A DNA stretch of 64,000 nt from Vitrella brassicaformis CCMP3155 (Eukaryota; Protista; Chromerida): NCBI GenBank assembly GCA_001179505.1, contig CDMY01000259.1, positions 82,090-146,089 on the forward strand, read 5' to 3'. The notes under the pieces are model-generated. The model was not told the origin of the DNA. It saw only the letters and a list, made by a program, of their open reading frames with translations, and made no database searches. Position numbers and translations under genes: made by a program. This document shows, in pieces, positions 1 through 11,675 of this stretch. Positions within the stretch are counted from its first letter, which is position 1, and every line of letters begins with the position of its first letter.

Positions 1-377
1 CTGAAGGTCCCACACATGGGGGTAAGCGGGATGGGGCAGCAACGAGGGCAGAGAGAGTGTCAGCTCAGCCTCCCAGTCAGTCTCACTACACACAAGTGGA
101 GGGTGACGGCAATGGAATGCATCACATACCCTCATTGGTGTGTTGCTTCAGGAATGCGCCGAGGGCGGTATCGCCCACCTGACGGGAGTGGAGATGAGCG
201 ACCTGATTCAGGCGATGGGGCGGGCGTTCGGTCCGAAGCGCGGTGAGCAGAAGGGGACCAAGACGATGGACCTCGTCGACGCCATGGCCCGGCCCTCGAG
301 GGCGGCGGGTGAGGAGGGAAAGACAAGATCGCATGAGACTGTAAAATAGCCATGTGTGTTATGCGCCTCCCTCTTTT

Positions 378-1310
378 CGGCCCGACATTCCCAAGACCAA
401 CCCTGTCGTGGCGCTACTGAATAGGTACGTGAACACGAGACATAATAAGGCAGTCAATCCAAGTGTGTGTACGTCTCCCGCTCTTTGGTGCTTAGAGGCG
501 TAGATGCTCACCTGGCTTGCGTCTGTGCGCGCGCGCGTGTGTGTGTGTGTATCGTGCAGATTGCTGCAGGTCAACCCAGCGGATCGACTCAAGGCAGATC
601 AGGCCTTCTTGGACGACGCGTTCATCGCGGCCCGTGCTCACAAGGCAGGTCAGTCAATCAGCTTATGGGCAACACTGAACCACTCCCCACCGCAAGTGTC
701 TCTGTCTTTCTGTGGCTGCTGGTGCTTTCAACAGCTCAAGCTGCTGCTGCCGCTGCTGCCGCCCTCGCACCACAGCCACCAGTGCAGCCGCCTCCTGCAG
801 CCGCACCACAGCACCAGCCGCCTGCAGTCAAGAAGAAGAAGAAGGCCGCGCACGAGAAGGCCGCGCACAAGAAGGCCGCGCACAAGAAGGTCCCGCACAA
901 GCCCAATAAGGTGTTCAAGAAGAAGCCCACAGGAAGCAGCCACATCGGGAAGGGGCAGCCGTCGGTCCAGGGCAAGGGCAAGAACGAGGTGGTGGGAGGG
1001 AAGCAGACGAGAAAGGCCATCGCAAAGAAGACACTCGCAGGAGCCAGCCATGGCGGCGGGAAGGCGCAGCCATTGGTCAAGAGGAAGGCCGCCAAGGCCA
1101 AGGCAGGGGACACGAAGGAGGCTATCGCAGAGAAGAAAGCCACAGCCACGGTACGAAAGAAATAGGATGAATGGATGACAGGATGACAGAGCCACGACAA
1201 GGACCATGGCGAGCTCTGTGTGTGTGTGCGTCTGTGCAGGCTCCTGTTTGTGAGGTCAAGGGCAAGACGAAGGTGCAGGCCATGCGGGCCAAGGCCGGCG
1301 AGGGCTGCGG
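378..1310 (+). pseudogene. Duplicated 3' fragment of the Ser/Thr kinase gene at 34.7-38.0 kb (last kinase exons plus Lys/Ala-rich tail)
   Basis: 378-~840 aligns by eye at high identity, introns included, to 36521-~36990 (RPDIPKTNPVVALLN|R, LLQVNPADRLKADQAFLDDAFIAARAHKA). It is followed by a K/A-rich exon (AAHKKAAHKK) and an exon at ~1240 resembling 37361-37410. The copy starts mid-exon with no splice acceptor, and no catalytic motifs lie upstream within the window. Confidence 0.7.
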
Positions 1311-1533
1311 GTGAGAGACAGACAAGCTGCGGGTGGATTCCCATGTATGTTGTGCGTCTCCATCCTCTTTTTTCGTCAGAAGACAGACCTTTGAATCGCC
1401 GTCTACATTTTATATTTCGTTGGCTGTGTCTCACTTTGTCAACGGACCTCTTCAGCAGAAGGGAAGACTACTGCATCAGTGCGGCGTGAGATTGCGGAGG
1501 GGCCGCAGCTGACGGCTGAGCAGATCGCACAAG

Positions 1534-1632
1534 ATGGCGAGGGCGAGAGAGGAGAGGCGTAAAGAGGAGGAAGAGGCCAAGAGGAAACAGGTGGGATGGA
1601 TGGATGGATGGGTGGGAAGGTTGACACGCACA

Positions 1633-1667
<35 letters not shown>

Positions 1668-3592
1668 GGAGGGAGAGAGAGAGAGACGAAACCAGGTACC
1701 AGCGAGATTTCTTTGGCCTCCCTGTCATCTTGCCGGTGTGTGCTGCCACCTAGCCGGTCGAGATGATCTCTTACTTGTCAACGCACCACAAAGACAGAGG
1801 TGAGGCGGGTGGGGGCAGACAGACGAGAACGGAGACATAATGCAGTTTATGCTCTGCTGTTTATTCAAAGGCACGTCAGCAGCGAGCCGCTCTCGTTCTC
1901 GGGACCGCTCGCCTCGCGCCGCACATCGGCGGGTGACCTTAGAGGGCAGGAGGGAGTTGAGCCATGAGCGACAGCGCCAGCGCCAGGAGGTGGTGGCTTA
2001 TTGGGGAGGAGGGGAGGAGAAGTTGCTGACGGACGAGGAGATCGATGCCATGATGCCGAGCGACGAGGAGACGGCGGCCATCGCCGAGCAGCGTCGGCGC
2101 GACAAGGAGAAGCTCAAACCCGAGGACATCGCTGCGGTGCGGAGGCTCATCGCCCTCCACCGCGACCCTCGGGCTACCGACGAGGAGGTCCTACGAGCCA
2201 AGCAGGAGATACCGAGGGAGGTAAGGAGGGATGAGGGACGATGGCAGAAGAGACGCAGAAGAAGAGGCTCAGCAATCATTGTGGCACTGCTGCGTATATT
2301 CCTTCCAGGTGTACCGCACCGTCTGCCATGGGCTGGAGCGCCACGAGATCGAAGACCTCACCAAGCTCCTGATCAGGAACTGCCGCCACGCCGCCTGTAA
2401 GTAGAGAGAGATGGAGAAGGAATGGATGACATGACATTCGACGACATACTTTCCCTTCTTCCCTTTGTCTGTCTTCTCCAGCCGTCATCGCCGCTGAGCG
2501 AGGCGTCCCTCCGGCCAGTTTGTTTCCGCCCCCCCTTCTCCCCCTTCTCGCCACACAATCCCACCCATCGCCACCACCCCCTCCCTCTCCCCCTCCTGCC
2601 CACGGTCCCACCTGCACCGTCGCCCCTCACCGCCACCCACCGACTGAGAAGATCGAGGTGCTGCCCGCCCCTGCGGGCTACTACCGAGTGAAGGTCTCGG
2701 CGGCGGTGTGGGGGGAGGGCGAGAGTGGGGTCACCGGCTGCATCGCCAGCACCGTCGCCCAGCGACCGTGTCAAGCGTGAGGCCAAGAGCGAGCAGCAGC
2801 AGCAGCAGCAGCAGCCGAAGCGCTGCTGCTAAGGAGAAGCAGCACTGCGGCGGTGCCATCGTCTGTCTGCGCACGACGCCGGTCGCCATGCTGGCAACGC
2901 TGCGGCTGGTGCGGGTGGTGGTTGTGCCGGTGGTGGGCCTGAGCGGGAGGCCATCGAGGCCGCCGTGAGCTGCACCCAGCACAAGGCGCTGTGGGCGAGT
3001 TTGGTGAGCTGCTGGTGACCCCGACTCTCTTCCCGCTCGACGACTGCGACCTCTACACAGAAGAGGAAATCGCTATGTGGCTGGCTATGAAACAGCGTTG
3101 CCGACGCTGATGCAGCAGTCTCCCGGCTGATCGTCTTGTCGGCAGCGAAAAGAGGGGGTCGTCAGACAATGGAGACGCCACGATTGGTGCGGGTGAGGCG
3201 CTGATGGGTTTGCCGGAGGCTGCGAGGGAGGGGGAGAGGCTGGAGGGCAAACACTCGCTGACCACGGCTGCAATGTCTGTGTCTGTGTCTGTCGTTCTTT
3301 TCTGTCTGCAGTCGCGGCGGGTTCGACGCCTCCCCCACTCCCTCCCCCTGTCCCGATGCCCGTCTACTTCGGCCGCCCGCCATACATCCCCCCTCCCTAC
3401 CGCCGCCCCCCCGCCGCCATGCCCCTGGTCAAGCCGGACAAGTGCTGCCTGGTGGAGGGGTGGGAGCGCCTGTGTGAGTGTGTGCATGATGGGGTCGTGT
3501 ATGTGTGTGGGAAGGTCCGGGACTTTGTCGTGTGGGTGTGGGAGGGCTGTGTGTGGGTGGCGACATGTGGGGGGGCCTGCTGCGTGTACTAA
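1534..3592 (+). pseudogene. Family-X gene copy 1: helical module exons, Pro-rich linker, Cys-rich tail; probably degenerate
   Basis: Spliced exons LLTDEEIDAMMPSDEETAAIAEQRRRDKEKLKPEDIAAVRRLIALHRDPRATDEEVLRAKQEIPRE|VYRTVCHGLERHEIEDLTKLLIRNCRHAA; terminal ORF 3356-3592 ends DKCCLVEGWERLCECVHDG...WVATCGGACCVY. In-frame stops and frame changes occur between 2780 and 3110. Homologous to 16.9-19.3 kb. Confidence 0.55.
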
Positions 3593-4029
3593 GTAGTTTG
3601 TTGCATCAAACGTGGGGGCTGCAGTGTGCGTGCGAGGTGCTGGTTTCTTTTTTGAGCGCGTTGTCTGACCGTCACCACACCACGTCCGTCTGTCCGTCCG
3701 TCCGTCCGTCCGTCTGTCCGTGTCTTCTGTGTGTTTTCACGTGCCGTCTGTGCTGTGGTCTGCTGTGGTCTGCTGTGTTGTGTTGTGTTCTGTTGGGCCT
3801 CTGCAATTTGCTGACATTTGCTGCTCTTGCTTAGCACTTGTGCTGTTCATTTGCTTATTTGCTGCCTGAGTGACGTTCTTGGGTGTGGAGGGCAGGAGGG
3901 AGGGAGGGATTGAGGGAGGGAGGGAGGGGACTGGGAACTCATGAGGAGGGCGGACGGGCGTTCCTTGTGGGGTAAGTCAGAGGCACGACACACACACACA
4001 CACACACACAGAGAGAGAGGGAGAGAGAG

Positions 4030-5075
4030 ATGGCACCTCCAACTTCTGGCGTGTTGTGTTGGTGCAGCGTCAGCTATGTGCACGGTCGCAATGGCGCCAC
4101 GCGAGCATTCCCTGTGGGCTTCTCGCGTGCAGACGTCCAAGTCGAGGGCAACGACTCCACTGCGGCGGCCATGGAGGCCATCAAGCTGCGCAACCAGCAT
4201 GCCAAGAAGCTCGGCCTTCCCCTCTTCGACTGAAGTATATGCGTCGGTGCGGCTGCCGGCTCACGGCAAGAATGTGTTTCTGCTGGGTAAGGTGCGAGTG
4301 CACTGGCGGTGGATCGTGCTGCCGGCCTACGGGTACATCACGGAGGCGGCTCATGTGGACTACTACGACAACGTGGAGTCGCGGCTGGTGTCAGTCAGTC
4401 AGTCTACCGCACACCGGCACTGCCGCCCGAGCCACAAGTGAATGTGGAGGTCTATAGTGTTGTGGTCAACTTCTCGCCGAAGCTTCAGGTGAGTCGGGGA
4501 ACAGACAGGCAAATATTCCGATCATGCATCTGCCTGCGTGTAGTGTGGCTGCTCTTCTGCGTCGTTTGTCAGATCCACCGACACGTCAGAGTTTGTGTTC
4601 TCTCTAAAGAGAGCGCGGCGTCGATGACGATCAGCGTCCCCGAGCCGGTCATGGGCCTCTCCCACACCCCTGCCACCGACTGGGTCCTCTCACACCCGCC
4701 TGTGCTCCTGTCCAGCCGCATCGCTCTCACCATCACCTTACCGAGGCCGCGGAGGGCCAATAAATCGGCGGCCACCTGACGCGCCCCCGCTACACCCCTG
4801 CGCCATCTGTGTGTATCGTCACTCACGAAGGGCGAGATTGGGAAGACACTCACCGTGGAGACACTCGTCTGCTGCACCGAGGTGCGTATGCGTGTGTGGA
4901 TAGATGGGAAGCACTGGGAAGCAGGATGCCTGAGTGCGTGTCTGTGGTGGTGTTGTGGTGTGTTCAGGTGACGGACACGGTGTGTTATATGAGCCACCTT
5001 GTGCGAGACGCGCCGACACATGAGCGACTTAACCCCTTCCTAAACCGAGACGCCAAGACGCCCGACGAAAAGTGA
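4030..5075 (+). pseudogene. Unidentified spliced coding fragments with an apparent frameshift
   Basis: Protein-like segments HGRNGATRAFPVGFSRADVQVEGNDSTAAAMEAIKLRNQHAKKLGLPLFD* continue in another frame as EVYASVRLPAHGKNVFLLG...; GT/AG sites and TG-rich introns are present; no family recognised. Confidence 0.3.
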
Positions 5076-5312
5076 GCAGATCAAGCGGACACAATCAAGA
5101 CCCCCAGACGGCCATCTCTCCCTCCCTCTGTCCATCAGGCTGAGGGCTGCAACGGCATCAGCCGTCAGTGCCGTGGAGCTGCGTATCGTCAGTATCTTGC
5201 TCGTCGCCATTCGCTGCATGCAAGACAGCCCTCCCCGCACCCAACCAACGCCAGGCCCCAACTCACCACATCCCTCCTGCTTAGCCCCGATTCGCCCACC
5301 CACGCCACGGCC

Positions 5313-7159
5313 ATGGTGACACAGCTCTCCAAGGACGACAGCTGGATCGATGAGGGGCTGAGAGACCGCCATGGTGGTCGGGATGATTGGCCGTGCGAGT
5401 CGAGCGTCTCCCTCAGCAGGAGGGTGCCCTTGCTGGGGCCGGGCACGGAGTCAGTGGGATCACCACATGTCGAATGCCCTGGTGTCGCGGATACAGCGGC
5501 TGGCGGCCCATCCAGGGGCACCAACACGACAGGCTCCCGCTGCCGAGATTCGACTCAGCACAGCGGCTGATGTTCGCCCGTCAGCACGCGAGGCGCCACC
5601 TGCCGACCTTTGACTATGGGGATCGAACAGCGGGCGTCCCGTGGCCACGGGCAACGGCCTCTACGGCGTTTCTGATCGCAGCCCTTCTCCCATCTCGCAA
5701 ACCCACCATATCTCGACAGACGTCACGGCAGCCCTCGCAGCTGGAAAGAGTGGGGAGCGAATGCGCCATGGCCGTCATTGGGCGGGTCTGCCAGATGCTG
5801 CCCGCCCCGGAGGTGCGGGCGCCTAACGCACCACTCCCTGGCTGCGTTCGATGCCGCGTCGTTTGTCAGCTACCGGGCGGCATCCGCCTGAGTGCTGGCT
5901 GGTTTAAGAGAGATGGAGGCTCTTGAGATGCTCATTCCGGCGTTACAGCTGTTCGCTCTGCTGGACGCGTGTTTGCCGCCGCCAACGAGAGAGGACGAGA
6001 CCCCCACGCCGCACAGAGAGACCGGCGGCCTGCCCCACGTGGCCATACTGTCAACCCGTCTGGGCAACGGCATCGTGCTCGCAGCTGGGGCGTCCGTCGG
6101 CTCTCATTAGGGCTACTCCCACCCCCTCGTCAGCATCCCAGAGATCGCTGGAGGTGCGTCTCGACAACGTGCCTCGAGAATACCACCATGACGACTCAGG
6201 CATCTTCCCCAGCCCGCCAAGCTTTTCCTGGAGGTCTTCTTGCGCACACTGTTGCGGGGCGACACAGCCACGAGCACCAGCCCGCCGCCCCGCCGGCTGG
6301 GGACGGCCGAGCCGCCCACACTCGAGCGGCGGCACTCTCAGAGACGCAGGAGCGAGACCCTGCAGCCCCCTACCTTTGCCCTGGTGAAGCCGGCCCAGTG
6401 CCTGACCATCAATGTGTCTTCCGAGCACCTGCACCTCATTCTGCAGCTCCCAAGCACTCCCCAGATGGACAGTGCGCATACGACGAGGGGCATTGCCCGG
6501 CAGCTCTCGTCGGTATGGCTGACCAAGGCAACTGCGGGTAAAGGGGGATGGCGCGGAGAGATGGCAGCTGTGTTTGGTTGCGAGGAGGGGGGGCAGCGGC
6601 CTGGCGAAATCCGTCCCGAGGTCGCGGCAGCTGTCGCGGAGCCACGCGAAAGATAGGGGTACACGAATTGGCGTCCATGTGCAGGTGAGTAAGCGGGGGC
6701 ACCAGGGACGAAATACAGACAGACAGACAGACAGACCACACTCCATGTATACTGTTTGTCATTGTCAGGCGGTTGGGTGTCACGTCAAGTTCGCCGCGTG
6801 GGTACTCGTTGAGACTCGGGGGGCCAAGGCATGCCGCACCCACTGCACTCTTCCTGAGGGTGAGTCAGACGCACAGACGAGATGGGTGGCTGTGCTGCAT
6901 GGTGGGTATGTGGCGTCTGTGTGAATCGTCAGGAGTGCCGGCGATGGGCACCGCTGGCCCTCTCATATTCAACCCGATCAGTGCGTCAACATCGACCTCT
7001 CCCCCTACTCCCTCCGCACACCCACGCCCCCATCCCTCCACTCACCGCCAAACCGGCCCCGGCAGAGGGCGACCCCTGTGTGTGTACGGTGCCCATTCAG
7101 TCAGCTGTATGTCCTTCGCGAGACTGCCTGAGGGGGTGGGCGTGATGACATATGAGTGA
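5313..7159 (+). pseudogene. Degenerate coding-like region, function unknown
   Basis: A single frame interrupted by several stops (MVTQLSKDDSWIDEG...*...LAGLREMEALEMLIPALQLFALLDAC) and further exon-like pieces with plus-strand splice donors; no recognisable motif. Confidence 0.2.
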
Positions 7160-8348
7160 ATGGCATCATGTGATGGTTGTTTGTGACGGCTGTCTGTCTG
7201 TCTGTCTGGCGTTGGCAATGCACTGAATGGTCCGGACATGTGTGTCTTCTTTTCGTTCTCCCTTCTGTTGGCCGCGCTGCCTAGCTCAGCCCACGGTGCT
7301 AGCGTCGACGTGTGAGTGCCCCTGAGACGGGTGTGAGTTGTTGATGCTTGGCTGTGGGCGACACAGCGCGGCCCTTTTGCTTGTCGGACATGTGCGGCCC
7401 CCACACGTGTGTGTGTATGCATTGCATCCATCGTCGTGTGCTGACTAACTTGAGATCTCCACGAGTGAATCTCTCTGACTTAATCCATTTGTGCCTTCCT
7501 GACGCCTCCTTGCAGTGCCATTGGCTCAGTGTATGTATACTCTGTGTGTGTATTACCTGATTGCACGACTAGAGAGCTGTTTTGTTAGCCATCTGACTGA
7601 CGTACCACTTGATCTGCCGGCCTTCGCAAGGCGGCCGGGGACCTCTTTACCTGACAGACAGACAGACAGGGCGATTCCTTGACTTAGAACAGCCGCCGGA
7701 CCGGTAGCCATCGTACCCTGAGATTCGCTGTGGATTGTCGCGATGCCTCTCAAAAGACCTCAACCAGCACTGGCCGCCGGCTTTGCGCTGTCCCTCAGAT
7801 TAAAATTGTCCAAGACCAACACCAACACAATAGTGAACCAACACAGAGAGAGCAGCCATAATGATTGCAAAACGGCAAGGCGCCAGCGAAGCGCCAGTGC
7901 GAAGCCCCATGGCAGCACGTCTGAGGTGCTCCTTTCGTACTTTGCCTCTCCCGCAAAGGACAGGCGCCGCCACAGCGGCCAACCCACACAGGCGCCTGGG
8001 TGCTGAGGATGGTGCTGGTATGTTTGTCCGTGATTGAGGGTTGGCTGATTGACCCTGTTCATTTCGTGAGAGACCGACAGACTCTGCCTGCCGCTATGAG
8101 TAAAGTATTTTCACACCTACACAACCTGGCCATGAGTCGCTCATCTGCTTTCAGGGCCTCCGTGGGGCCGCCCACGGGTGGTGTGCCATGACACGGGCAG
8201 ACTGTGGGCAGCAATCATTCAGCGTCTCGTGTGTCTATGAGCAGGCCAAGTCAACAGAGCAAGACGTCTGGCAAAATTGAAAGAACGGCACAAATGGGAA
8301 TCATCACACAGCTACACAGCAGGCTACGTCACACACTCAATTAATTAC

Positions 8349-11300
8349 CTAGCCTCCCTGGCTCCCTCCCACTGGTGCCCCTCCCACTCCCCCTCCCCCC
8401 GGCTGTCCTCCTCCTTGTCCACCACGGCCATCCCCACCACCACGACCCATCCCGCCGCCACGTCCCGCAGCCGCAGAGGGCGGACCACTCGGAGAGGAGC
8501 CCAACGACGCGAAGGGTGGTACACTGGACGGGTGCACGGAGAGCGCTGCAGGGCGAGGGCCAGGGAGGGGATATAGTCGGCTGAGCGAGCGAGCAGCGGG
8601 TCGGTGTATGGTGAGCGTCGGGCGCACGTTGGGCATGGCGGGCTGGGGAGTCCGCACGACGGAAGCTGGTGCTGACGAGGGGCCGGAAAACACCCCACCA
8701 CCACCATGGCCAGCAGAGAAGTGCAAGAATGCCACACAGACAGGACGCCACAGCTATGTCGAGTTGTACGCCAGCAGGCTCATGCATACCTGGACGGATT
8801 GTATGTTGCGGAGCGTCCGGGTCGGCAGAACCATCTCCCGGTGGAAGGCCCCCTGAGGGTCCCCAATGGCGACTGACAGCATGCAAAACAGACCAATGAC
8901 TCATTCACACATCGATTGCAACGGTGTCCGGTCAGCGAACCTTGGGGTGCAGCTGTCATGGTCTGATCGGTCGTCCATCGGTCGAAGTCCAGCCACAGGT
9001 CGGTCCGGCTCGGCCGACCCACAAACTCACGGGCACGTCCAGTCCCTGTGCACAGAGAAAGGGCTGAGACGATTGGTGCGGCGCCAGCCCGCATTACTCA
9101 CCTCCTGCAGCCTCAGACGAAGTGAGTATCTGACGCGACGAGTGCACCACACGGCCTGTTGACGCACATCCAGACAGACAGACAGGCAAATCGTGTGTGT
9201 GTGTGTGTGTGGTGTTGCGTGGTGGTGGCGGTGTGTGTACCTGAGTGGTCGACGGTCGCCACAGCATCCACACGACCACCTGTGCAGTGAATCCATCCAT
9301 ACACACGCCCCAGTCAGTGGATTGAGCGTGGTTGTGCCGCCGTCGTTCTCTCTCACCTGCACGGGCAGAACTCGCAGCACCGACAGCAGCAGCAGCAGCC
9401 GATGTGTCGTCACCGACAACAGCACCATTTGACGCACAGACAAGGACCACACACACACCATCGGTGGATGGATGGATGGATGTGAGTGTCGCTTCCTCTG
9501 ATTCTGCATATACCAGCATGCGATCGTGGAGCACCAGCTGCTCGGGATACGGGGGCGCCGGACATGGCTCGATGGGTGCGGGCAGACGGCACCAACAGAC
9601 TGGGCACAGACGAATAGGCGGGAGGAGATGCCTGTAAGTCATGAGAAAGCGACACACAGAGCCCATCCATTGTGTTGCATGTGGGCAGACTCACGCAAGC
9701 TCGTCAGGGCATACCTGAAACGACTGAATCGTCTGTAACATGTTGGCTGCACTCGGTGTCATCGGGCCGGCGACAGTGCGGGTGTAGACGCCCTCGGGGT
9801 CCAATGCACGAACTGGCAGAAAGCAAAAGCAAACAATTGTGACACTCGATATCGGCCCGCTGCCCACATCAACGAACCTTGATGCGCCACCGTAAGGATT
9901 TCCTGCATCTGCAAGCCGGCGACGAGGATGAGGGTGTTGAGTTGGGCCTGCAGGGAGGCGAGATTGCCGCCACCGCCACCCGCCATACCCCCTGTTTGCG
10001 AAGGAGAGAGAGGGGGGAGGGACGTATAAGTGGCTGGCTGACGATTTCTCGTTGGCTGTCTGTGTGTGTACCTGAAGCCGCGCTGCCCCCAGCAATGAGA
10101 TGCTCATGCGATGGATCGACAACAGAACCTGACAGAGAGACAGACACGACACACATGGACACGTAGGTGGATGGATGGGTTGCTTACTGCGATGGTCACG
10201 ATCTGTGTGAGCCGCAATGAGTGCCTGGTCATCCGATGGGGCACGACCATCACCTGACACACACCAACACACACTTAGGCAAGACCACACCGTTTTCCAC
10301 CCCCTCTCCCATCATCCATCCATCCATACCTTGCTGCGCTGTAGTAGGTGCGATGGCTACGTCAGAGCCCGCAGATGGCTCGGCCAGCGCCGCCGTCTCA
10401 CCGCCCCCGCCTCCAAACACACACACATCGAATGTCGGGTGTGCTCTCCCCTGTGTTGACGAACGACCTACGTGTCTGTGAGGTCTGCAGTGGCATGCAC
10501 AGTCGCTCGTCCACCGCATCATTGCCGTCAGCTGACACACAGACAGGGCAGAAAGGAACGTCGTGGTGCCCTTCTGTGCCTTGTGTGTGATAATGTTCGG
10601 TTCGCCCACTCCAGGGCTGAAGTGGGCGAAGCGAACGACCCAGCGGCACCCGTCCTGATGCGAAACGACATACATCAGACAGACACGTCAGTGCACACAC
10701 CATCCTCAGTCAGCACTATCCGCTCACCGCTGCTTCTGGAAGGCGGGCCGGGGGCCTCTGACGGGCGAACGTCGTCTCGCATCAAACCTGCAGCACACAC
10801 AACACACATGTGTGTGTCTATCAGCATGCCTGTGTTCTGAGCATCTCACTCGGCACACTGGAAGACGATGCTGCCGCTGCTGCCGCTGCACTTGCACTCG
10901 CACTCGCCTGCACACACACAGTCCCACACACAGAGATGCACACAGACGGCATGCCGCCAATCGACGCATCGAAGTTCCCATCCTCCCGTCCGTCCAGCCA
11001 TCCCATCCCACCTGTCTGGCGTTGGCCTCTTCCTCCATCCGCTGGCGCGCCTCCTCTTGACGCCTCTTCTGCTCCTCCTCGACTTCCCTGACCAGGGCTT
11101 CGAGCTTTTCGGGCTCCAGCTGGGGGCCCTCCGCAATCTCACGCCGCATCTGACACCACACACACACACACACACGGACACATGTCAATACATGGACCCC
11201 TCCGCTCCCACACCCACACCCACCCACCCACCCACTTACCGACTCTGGGGTTGGGAAGAACTCGTCATCGGCGGCCACGTAGCCCCTTTGTCGCTGCTGT

Positions 11301-11638
11301 ATGCTGGCCAAGTAGGTGGCCATGCGCGTGTGGTGGATGTACAGGTCGTGCAGGAGGGCGTCCAGGTCTGGGTCGGGTTCGACGTGTCTGGTGTGGGCGA
11401 AGAGCCGCACGAGGGTGGGGAGGATGTCGGCGAGGCGGTCGCGCTGGACGGCCGTGTGGGTGACAGCGTGCAGATCCAGCTCGTGTGGGCGGATGGGCAG
11501 CCCTCGCGCATAAGTCAGCAGCCCGGTCAAGTCAGCGATCTGACAACGGAAGGATAGGACAGGACAGGAAAGGTAAGGCCACCCATACACACACCTGTCT
11601 GATCGATCCCCAACCCTCCTCTCTCTCTCCCTCCCTCC

Positions 11639-11675
<37 letters not shown>

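Noticed and set aside
2769-2785. 17-nt identity (TGTCAAGCGTGAGGCCA) with 34675-34691
   Set aside because: No flanking similarity; one match of this length is near chance level for a 64-kb GC-rich self-comparison.
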